Assembly (NCBI RefSeq): GCF_004010195.1
Contig: NC_057719.1
Location: forward strand, 90,487,756 to 90,551,755
Length of the DNA: 64,000 nucleotides
DNA from: Chiloscyllium plagiosum
Taxonomy: Eukaryota
Reading direction: 5' to 3'
Shown: positions 54,849 to 64,000 of the stretch, in pieces
Numbering within the stretch: the first letter of the stretch is position 1
Layout of the letters: every line of letters begins with the position of its first letter
Notes under the pieces: generated by a model
The model's database searches: none
Told to the model about the DNA's origin: nothing
What the model saw: the letters and a program-made list of their open reading frames with translations, nothing else
Translations under genes and position numbers: made by a program

Positions 54849-56252
54849 AACATTACTAAGCACAAGAACAAGAACATTACATTACAGTTGTATACGTTGT
54901 TGGTAAGGCAACACTTGAGTTTTTGTGTACAGTTTTGGTTATCCTGTTATAGAAAGACATAGTTAAACTGGAAAGAGTGCAAAGAAGATTTATGAGGATG
55001 CTGCCAGGACTAGTAGGCCTGAGTATTAGGGGAGAGGTTGGCCAGGATAGGACTTTATTGCTTGGAATGTAGGAGAATGAGGGGTGTCCTTATTGAGTTG
55101 TATAAAATCATGAGGAGCATAGGTAGCATTAATGCATATAGTCGATTTCCCAGAGATGGGGTATTAAAAACTAGAGGGCGTAGATTTAGGATGAGAGGGG
55201 AAAGATTTAAGAATGACCTGAGCAGCAACAGTGGTGTATATATGGAATGGTCTGCCAGAGAAAGTGGTTGAAACATTTTAAAAACACTTGGATATATACA
55301 TGGATAGGAATGATTTAGAGGGATATGGATCAAATGCAGGCAATTTAGAACTAGCTGATTTGGCACCATGGTCAGCACGGACCAGTTTGGGCCAAAGGCC
55401 CTGTTTCCATGCTGTATTACTCTATGGCTCTATAACAGGCAAGGAAACGCTGCTGAAAATAGCAAGGGAGGTGGTCTGAAATGCATGTGTTTCAATGCAA
55501 GAATAATAATAAGTAAGGTAGGTGAACTCAGAGGTTTAATTAGTACTTGGAACAATGACATTGGTGCGATTACGGAGGCTTGGCTGAAAGAGGGACAGTA
55601 CTGGCAGTTGAACCTCCCAGGATTGAGATGTTTTAGGTGTGAGAGAAGGGGAGGTAATTTCCCCTATATTAACTGGGACTCACTTTGTGCTAGGGGCTTA
55701 GATGGGGTGGAATTTGTAAGGGCCATTCTTGACATAGAAGGTAAACAGTCCAAATGGGGAAGGTGTTATATACCAGATCTGGTTTTGGGAAACGAGCCTG
55801 GCCAGATGAATAAAGTTTCAGTGAGACAGCATTTTGGGATTACTGACCATAATACCATGAGTTTTAAGATTCGTGGGGCATTGGGACCGGTTCTGGGGAG
55901 GTGGGACGTGTACAAACTGGACGGGTTACACCTGGGCAGGACTGGGATTGGTGTCCTTGGGAGGGTACTTGGCAGTGTGGCAGGGGGACGGGAACTAGAG
56001 GAGTAGGGCAGTAGATGCAGAAAATGAGGGAGATGTAGAAACCAAGGTAAACATTACTAAGCACAAGAACAAGAACATTATATTACAATTGTATACGTTG
56101 CTGGTAAGAAAGCACTTGGATTTTTGTGTACAGTTTTGGTCACCCTGTTATAGAACGCCAGAGTTAAACTGGTTAGGGATAACAGCAGTCCTTGTGTGAA
56201 GGTTTAAAATTGAGGGAAGGTGAACTACAACAATACTAGGCAGGAATAAGAG

Positions 56253-56475
56253 AATAGGAGAAAGTGAGGACTGCAGATGCTGGAGATCAGAGCTGAAAAA
56301 TGTGTTGCTGGAAAAGCGCAGCAGGTCAGGCAGCATCCAAGGAGCAGGAGAATCGACGTTTCGGGCATGAGCCCTTCTTCAGGAATCTGAAGAAGGGCTC
56401 ATGCCTGAAACGACGATTCTCCTCCTCCTTGGATGCTGCCTGACCTGCTGCGCTTTTCCAGCAACACATTTTCAG
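56253..56475. mobile_element. Palindromic Penelope terminus pair with two hammerhead motifs
   Basis: Arms 56293-56382 and 56387-56475. Flanking direct repeat caggaataagag at 56241-56252 and 56473-56484. Confidence 0.88.
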
Positions 56476-57410
56476 GAATAAGAGGATGTTGATTGGAGGC
56501 GGCTGTTTGAGGGTAAATTCACATTGGACATGTGGGAGTATTTCAAACAGCAGTGGATAAGAATTCAGGAGTGGCACTTTCCTCTAACAATGAAGGATAG
56601 GTATGGGAAGTTATGTGAACCTTGGATGACCAGGGATGTTATGACCTAGGTCAAAAAGAAAAGGGAAGCATACATAAGGTCTAGGAGGATGGGAAGTGAT
56701 GAGCCCTTGAAGATTATAAGGAAAGTAGGAAAAAACTTAAACAAGGAAATAGAAGGGTTAAAAGGAGTCATGAAAAATCATTAGTAAACAGGATTAAGGA
56801 GAATTCTAAGGCTTTTTATACATATATATTTGCATGCAAGGGGATAGCCAGGGGAAGGGTTGACCCAATCAAGGACAAAGGAGGGAATCTATGTGTGAAG
56901 GCAGAAGAGGAAGGTGAGGCCCTAAATGAATACTTTAGATCAGTATTCACCAAAGAGAACATAGATTATAGAACATTACAGCACAGTACAGGCTCTTCAG
57001 CCTTTGATGTTGCGCTGACCTGTGCAACCTATCTGAAGCATATCTATCCGATACTATTCCATTTTCATCCATATGTTTATCCAACAACCATTTAATTGCT
57101 CTTAAAGTTGGCGAGTTTACTATTGTTGCAGGCAGTGCATTCCACACCCCTACTACTCTCTGAGTAAACAAACTACCCTTAACATCTGTCCTATATCCAT
57201 CACCCCTCAGTTTGAAGCTATATCCCCATGTGATAGCCCTCACCATCCAAGGAAAAAGCTCTCACTGTCCACCCTATCTAACCCTCCGATTATCTTATAT
57301 ATCTCAATTAAGACACCTCTCAACCTTCTTCTCTCTAATGAAAATAGACCCAAGTCCCTCAGCCTTTCCTCATAAGACCTTCCCTTCATACCAGGTAAGT
57401 CTCCTCTGAA

Positions 57411-57508
57411 ACCAAAAGAGAAAATGCTGGAAAATCTCAGCAGGTCTGGCAGCATCTGTAAGGAGAGAAAAGGGCTGATGTTTCGAGTCTAACTGACCCT
57501 TTGTCAAA
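57411..57508 (-). mobile_element. Short Penelope-like terminus
   Basis: TSD tctcctctgaa at 57400-57410 and 57509-57519. Degenerate hammerhead core. Confidence 0.75.
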
Positions 57509-57833
57509 TCTCCTCTGAACCCTTTCCAAAGCTTCCACATCCTTCCTATAATGTGGTGACCAGAACTGTACGCAATACTCCAAGTGCAGCCACACCAGAG
57601 TTTTGTATAGCTGCAGCATGACCTCGTGGCTCCGAAACTCAATCCTTCTACCAATAAAAGTTAATACACTGTATGCCTTCTTAAAAACCCTATCAACCTT
57701 GGGGGCAACTTTCAGGGATCTATGAACAAGGAATTGGTGGAGGATGATCTCAGGGAAGGGAGAGTTGAATTTCTAAGCCAAGTTGCTACTAAAAAAGGAA
57801 GAAGTATTGTGCATCTTAAAAAGTATTAATCAC

Positions 57834-58150
57834 TGAATCCCTACAGTATGGAAGCAGGCCAGTTGGCCCATCAAGTCTACGCCAGCACTCTGAAGACCAT
57901 TCCTGTAACTCTGCATTTTCCATAGTTAACTCATCCAACTTACATATCTCATGCAATTTAGCATGGCAAATCCACTTAACCTGCACATCCTTGGACTGTG
58001 AGAGGAAACCGGACTACCCAGTGAAAACCCACACAGACTTGGGAAGAATAAGCAAACTCCAAACAGACCCAGTCACCTGAGAGTGATATCAACCGCTGGT
58101 CCCTTGATGATGTGAGTCAGCAGTGGTATCCACTGAGCCATCATGTTACC
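57834..58150 (-). mobile_element. HE1-type V-SINE (diverged)
   Basis: Reverse-complement V-domain. Confidence 0.8.
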
Positions 58151-58458
58151 ACTGATAAGGTCCTGATGATATCTATCCCAGAATACTGAGGGATGCAACA
58201 GAACAAATTACTGGAGCATTGACAGACATGTTTCCATTCTTTTAGGCTACAGCTGAGGTCCCAGAGGACATAGAACAGCCGAAGTTGTTGCACTGTTTAA
58301 GAAGGATAGCAGGGATAATCTTGGATGGCTTGTGAACCTCATGTCAGTGGTAGGGCAATTATTGGAAAAGGTTCGAGAAACAAGATCTATATGCATTTAG
58401 GAGCAAATGGACTTAATGGCAATGCACAGCTTGGTTCTGGATATAAGTTTGCTCACTG

Positions 58459-59055
58459 TGAGGATCTAAAATCTGGATTTAAGCTGTTGTCAGGAGCAAC
58501 CATTTAATACATGCTTTTACTAACTACAAAATGGCTTCTTAATGCAAGTAACATAAAGTAACATAATCAAATGGCTTTTAGGCTGCAAATTAACACTGCT
58601 AAAAGCTGCATTCCTGAGCTAACTGCATCAAAGATTAGCAGACAATGCTCCCTTCTCAGTATGGAATTAACCAAGCTAGATAGGACATTACTAACCATCC
58701 TAGTTAACCTTGGAGATGCAGGTGCAGAGAGATAGTGTGTAAAACAACATTGGTTTCCGAGAAATATTATTGGGTTAACCTGCTGTCATAATGTAATTTT
58801 ATTGCACTTTATTGGATTTACTCTGTAATTAAGGCTTTACTATTTCCTAAGAAGCATATAAAAATTGTCTTTGTTTCAAGCTATTTGCACAGTGTCTCCA
58901 AGGAACACAGAGCTTTTAACCTCTGTGTTGCTGGTCAACCTGTACCTGGCTGATACTGATTAAAATGTGAAATCTTGCTGAAACAGACTGAACTCCTAGT
59001 ATTTATTTACTGATCGCGGAACTGAGAGACTCCTCCCGGGGGGCTGAGATCTTCA
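58459..59055 (+). mobile_element. ERV 5' LTR
   Basis: TG...CA with 8/9-bp terminal inverted repeat. TATA-like tataaaa at about 58857 and ATTAAA at about 58959. Immediately followed by the PBS. Confidence 0.88.
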
Positions 59056-59057
59056 TA

Positions 59058-59075
59058 TGGTGCCGTGACTCGGAT
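59058..59075 (+). promoter_or_regulatory. Primer binding site complementary to the tRNA-His 3' end
   Basis: TGGTGCCGTGACTCGGAT, 18 nt, 2 nt after the LTR terminal CA. Confidence 0.9.
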
Positions 59076-59748
59076 TTGATATGGACAGATTGTGGTCAGC
59101 AGTGTAAGAGCCTTGAGTCCTCCGCTATTGAGTGTTGAGGAATCGACCAGCCAGACGTGAGTGCTTCATAGTTGTTTGGTTTTCCTCTCATTCAAGTAGT
59201 GGTTGACCTGACCCCTTGCTGTCTATTGTCTCAGTTCCGTCTAAAAAGGATCGGTCTTGGCAAGAATAGCTTCCGGGACCCTAAAAATAAAGGGGGGGTA
59301 GAAGAAGAAAAAAACAGAGAAAGGAAGGTCGAGGACCTTTAGAAGAGAGAGGTTTGAGAACCTTTACGGAGTCGGGGTATTCATTTAAAAAATAGAAGAA
59401 AAAAAAGTCGACGACTTTTACGGAGTCGGGGACTCCACCTCGGGTCGGGGATCTGAGGACAGAGTTGAGAGGCGGATCCAAATAGGGTCAAGCACCCTAA
59501 AAATAAGAGAAAGAGGTCAAGGACCTTCTCAGAGTTGAGAAAATCTGAGTCGGTCGTATTGGCACTGTCTAAATTAATACATAAATTGTTCTGTAAAATA
59601 AGAAAGTATTGCGATATTTTATAATGGGAATCTCAAGGGTTTTGGAAAGTCGAGAGAGTTTGCGGAAATCTGTAGATTGTTGTGTGTTGACGGGCTGTTA
59701 AATAGTAAAGGTTTTGAGTCAGGACTATAAAAGGGGGGTTGTTTAAAG

Positions 59749-60497
59749 ATGGGTAATCATATCGACAAAACGGAAGATCCAACTTCACCGTTAGTAAAAA
59801 TATGTGAGAAGTTTCCGAAGAAGTCTGAAAGTCTGCGGAAACTTTCTGGCACCTGAAGCAAAGTAGCAGTGGCCACTAGGTGGCCCTAAAAGTATTCAAT
59901 TGGTTAAATCAGCCCAGCAATTGATTTGGCAACGGAACATTGGCTCTAAAACAAAGGAATTAATTAGAGTGTGGAGGCAATTCTGTGATGAAAGCCACAA
60001 GGAATCAGTTTTGTGCTCATGGCAGGATACTGCACTAAATTGGGAATTTAATTAACTACTGATGGTACCATGAAATCTATTGAGGTCCTCAAAAATGAAT
60101 GTGCACGAGTTAAACGCCAACAGAAACAAAGGGAAAAGTCACTAGTGACCGGTAAGCAAAAAGAACTGTACAGTTCGATGGTTGGCTTTGGTTTAGGCAC
60201 GGGAGACCAAATTTATATTTAGATTCCTACCTATGCCCTGCACCGCCGCCACTTCCACCAACCCTGCCTAACTTGCAAGTGCATCCTAATGCACCCCCAG
60301 TTATTCCAGTCCCTGTCGGATCCACAAGTTTAGAGCCCCAAGCACCTCCTGCCCTAACCCCTTCTCCACAGACTCGTGCATATCAAACTGTTGTTCCACC
60401 TAATTCTCAAATTCTCGTTGTTTCCCTGCAGCCTACCCCTGTGATCTCTCTGCCTAGTCCTAACCCCGCAAATGTTGCTCCTTCTCCAATTCCCCAG
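59749..60497 (+). pseudogene. Retroviral gag 5' relic (matrix plus proline-rich region)
   Basis: MGNHIDK.. (Gly2 myristoylation-type start), WPLGG motif after a frameshift, Pro-rich stretch with PNAPP/PQAPP. Truncated by CR1. Confidence 0.7.
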
Positions 60498-62880
60498 GTT
60501 AATGTTGTCATGGGTGACTTTAACTTCCCTAATATTTATTGGAACCTACTTAGTTCAAATAGAGCAGATTTTGTCTGGTGTGTCCAGGAAGAATTCCTTA
60601 CTCAATATGTAGATAGGCCAGCGAGAGGGGAGACCATATTGGATTTGGTGCTTGGCACTGAACCAGGCCAGGTGTCAGGTCTCTTGGTGGTAAAGCATTT
60701 CAGTGATAGTGATTGCAACTCCATGATCTTTACTATAGTCATAAAGAGGGATAGGAGCAGACGTATGGTAAACTATTTAATTGGGGGAGGGGAGATTATA
60801 ATGTTATTAGGCAGGAACTGGGGCACCTAAATTGGGAACAGATGTTCTCAGGGAAATGCATGGCAGAAGCGTGAAGGTTGTCTAGGGAGGACTTGCTGGT
60901 AGTGCTGGATAGGATTGTCCCACTGAGGCAAGGAAGGGATGGAAGGCTGAAAGAACACTGGATGACAAGGGATGTGGAACATCTAGTCAAGAGGAAGAAG
61001 GAAGCTTACTTAAGGTTGAGGAGGCAAAGATCAGACAGGGCTCTAGAGAGTTACAAGGTAGCCAGGAAGGAACTGAAGAATATACTTAGGAGAGCTAGAA
61101 GGGGACAAGAAAAAGCTTTAGCGGGTAGGATGAAGGAAAACTCTAAGGCGTTCTACACGTATGTGAAGAACAAGATGATGGCCAGAGTGAGGGTAGGGTC
61201 GATCAGGGAGAGTGGAGGGAACTTATGCCTGGAGTTGGAGGAAGTAGGTGAGGTCCTGAAGGAATAATTGGTTTCAGCATTCGCTACTGAGAGGGGCCTT
61301 GACATTTGTGAAGATAGCATTAAACAGGGTGATATGCTCGAACAGGTTGCTGTTAAGAAGGAGAATGTGCTGAAAATTTTGAAAAACATATGCTTAGACA
61401 AGTCCCTGGGCCAGAAGGGATATACCCAAGGTTACTACAGGAAGGAAGGGAAGAGACTGCTTGCCTTTGGCCATGTTCTTTGCATCCTCACTGTCCACTG
61501 GAGTACAGCCAAATGATTGGAGGGTCGCAAATGTTATTCCCTTGTTCAAGAAAGGGAACAGGGACAATCCTGGGATTTACAGACCAGTTAGTCTTACATC
61601 TGTGGTCAGCAAATTATTGCATGGGATTCTGAGAGACAGGATTTGTGATTAATTGGAAAATCATAGTTTGATTACAGATAGTCAGGATGGCTTTGTGAGA
61701 AACAGGCCATGCCTCACAAGCCTTACTTAATTCTTTGAGTATGTGACAAAAGACATTAATGAAGATAGAGCAGTGGATGTGGTGTGTGGTAGGCTCGTTC
61801 AGAAAATAAGGAGGCATGGGATGCAGAGAAATTTCGCAATCCAGATTGGCTGGCCCGTAGATGACAGAGGGTGGTAGTAGATGGAAAGTATTCAGCCTGG
61901 AACTCGGTGACCAGCAGTGTTCCATAGGGATCTGTTCTGGGACCACTGCTCTTTGTGATTTTTATAAAAGACTTGGATGAGGAAGTGAAAGGGTGGGTTA
62001 GTAAGTTTGCTGATGACACGAAGTTTGATGGAGTTGTGGATAGTGTGGAGGGCTGCTGTAGGTTGTAACGGGACATTGACAGGATGCAGAACTGGGCTGA
62101 TAAGTGGCAGATCGAGTACAACCGGAAAAGTGTGAAGTAATTCATTTTGGAAGGTTGACTTTGAATACAGGGTTAAAGGCAGGATTCTTGGCAGTGTAGA
62201 GAAACAGAGGGATCTTGGAGTCTAGGTCCATAGATCACTCAAAGTTGCTACCAATGTTGTTAGGGTTGTTAAGAAGATGTAAGGTGTGTTGGTTTTCATT
62301 AGCTGGGAGATTGAGTTTAAGAGCTGTGAAGTTATGCTGCATTTCTTGAACCTTGGTTCGAACACACTTGGAATATTGTGTTCAGTTCTGGTCACTTCAT
62401 TATAGGAAGGATGTGGAAGCTTCAGAGAGGGTGTGAAGGGGATTTATCAGGATGCTACCTGGACTGGAGGGCATGCCTTAAGAAAGGTTGAGGGAGCTAC
62501 AGCTTTTCTCATTGGATCGAAGAAAGGTGAGAGGTGACTTGATAGAGGTGTGCAATATGATGAGGCATAGATAGAATGAATAGTCAGAGACTTTTTACCA
62601 AGGCAGAAAAGGCTATTACAAGGAGCATAATTTTAAGGTAACTGGAGGAAGGTTTAGGGGAGATGTCAGACGTCGGTTCTTTACACAGAGAGTGGTGGGT
62701 GCGTGGAATGCACTGCCAATGGTGGTAGGAAAGTCAGATTGGGTTAGGGACATTTAAACAACTCTTGGATCTGCACATGGATGATACTAAAATGAAGCTT
62801 AGTTTGATCTTACAGTAGGATTAAAGGTCGGCACAACATCGAGGGCCAAAGGGCCTGTACTGTGCTATACTGTTCTCTGT
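60498..62880 (+). mobile_element. CR1 LINE, 5'-truncated, ORF2 disrupted
   Basis: VMGDFNFPNI, ILDLVLG.EPGQ, DWRVANVIPLFKKG, KFADDTK and the CR1 3' tail. Confidence 0.92.
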
Positions 62881-63129
62881 TCAACTTCCTGAGCCTGCAG
62901 CAGCTCCCTGCTGGGTGAACTCTTGTCTCACCGCGACTGCACTCACACAGTGAAATCAAATAACTCTTCAGATGTGGTGGAGAGCAATGGGCTATTTTAA
63001 GTTTTTTGTGCAACCTAATGGAAATGAATGAGCGAACAGAAGAACAGTTCACATTGTCCATATATGTACTTTAAACATCAACAAATGAGTAAAGGACAAA
63101 GTGGCTTTGGTCAGGTTTAACACACTTAC

Positions 63130-63191
63130 AGATCTCCTCGTGTCAGAGTGGCTGCTGCTGTTTTCTTCAACTTCCCAACTGATCCTTCAAA
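63130..63191 (-). CDS. BICRA: BICRA/GLTSCR1-family internal exon (FEGSVGKLKKTAAATLTRGD+CT), 62 nt
   Basis: Acceptor tttgcag at 63192-63193, donor gtaagt at 63128-63129. Ends in phase 2, matching the next exon (CT+A = Leu). Position resembles the short exon preceding the GLTSCR1 domain. Confidence 0.75.
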
Positions 63192-63894
63192 CTGCAAAGT
63201 ACAAAAGCAAAACAAAATAGAGCAGAATACAAATGTCTCCTTTTGTTTAAGAGTGAATTGACTTCCCAGAATTTGCAGACTAGGTTTTCAACAGATTTAC
63301 AACAGTAACTGTATAATCCAGAGATAAAATAAAGGTTGTAAGAAGTTCCCAACCAATGATAACATACTAACCAATGCTGAGTGGAGATGCTGATTTGCTG
63401 TTGATGTGATGTGAGCAATTCCTTTCCCAATCATTTGGATTTGGATTGAACCCTTACTTAGGGTGACATTCAGGCCTGTGAGGTTGCTGATCATACTGGA
63501 TGTTGTCTGAAGAATGAACAATAAAAATCACACCATTAGAAGATGGTACAAGTTTGAACAATAAACTGTTACAAAAAACAATGGTTGTTTTAAAAATAAA
63601 TGGTCAGTCGCACCAATGTTTGCTGATGATTGTACAACACTCAGCAACACTCATGAACTGAGCAGACACTGGATGGCCAATTAGGTTATTAATTAATCTG
63701 TCAATGCTTGAAAACACCACACTCTTCAAACGGGGAATAGACCACAAACAAACTCAAAGCTCATTAACTCTCCTGATGTACTCCATGTAACCCTTTTTCG
63801 TTCAGGTCTGTCTGTTAAAACTTGTATATTGCCTCTTGCAATTTAATTCCCTCTTGTGAAAACCTTTTAGGTTCTTTTAAAATGCATTAACAGG

Positions 63895-64000
63895 ATACAG
63901 GGATCACTGGCAAGACCAGCATCTGTTGCCTATCTCTAACCTCCCAATGGACTGAGAGGCTTGCTCGGTCATTTCAGAGGGAGTTAACAGTCAATCACAT
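63895..64000 (-). mobile_element. Second copy (3' part) of the bipartite SINE, cut by the window edge
   Basis: Tail (ccagcatctgttgcctatc) lies next to the body segment (gagggagttaacagtcaatcacat). Confidence 0.55.

Larger units (their letters stand above)
54196..58455. mobile_element. Nested CR1 complex (ORF1 esterase, APE and RT relics on +; 3' fragments 54850-55435 + and 56965-57725 -)
   Basis: VVISGLVPVPRA, DGLHL, CFNAR, ITEAWL and LVLGNEPGQ motifs. Confidence 0.75.

Noticed and set aside
60273..60830. 185-aa Gag-endonuclease fusion ORF as a functional chimeric gene
   Set aside because: Chance in-frame junction of a gag relic and a truncated CR1, with no ATG start and stops on both sides.
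62881..63100. Possible 3' LTR of the ERV after the CR1
   Set aside because: No similarity to 58459-59055.

Overview
Vertebrate (cartilaginous fish, shark-like) genomic DNA, inferred from HE1/V-SINEs, a SacSINE1-type DeuSINE and shark-type CR1 LINEs. The window is dominated by transposon relics. It contains one host gene: the last five coding exons of a BICRA/GLTSCR1-family gene on the minus strand (63130-63191, 45373-45521, 40401-40495, 38980-39082, 34822-35780). All five have canonical splice sites with consistent phases, and the gene continues beyond the right edge. Major mobile elements: (1) a 5'-complete L1 with a 14-bp TSD but no RT core (7668-11873); (2) a degenerate Gmr1-like Ty3/Gypsy element with SCAN-like Gag and PR-INT-RT-RH order (14953-21229, TSD AGAG); (3) an endogenous-retrovirus relic with 5' LTR, perfect tRNA-His PBS and degraded gag (58459-~60497), plus a related solo LTR (52964-53434); (4) many Penelope-like termini carrying minimal hammerhead-ribozyme motifs, some arranged as head-to-head palindromes; (5) a Harbinger-type Myb/SANT relic; (6) a bipartite tRNA-SINE/LINE pair; (7) a minisatellite; (8) numerous CR1 and RTE fragments. 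There are three assembly gaps (7954-8753, 10308-10704, 41206-41705). Repeat boundaries without a stated TSD are approximate, and family names come from recalled sequences rather than database searches.
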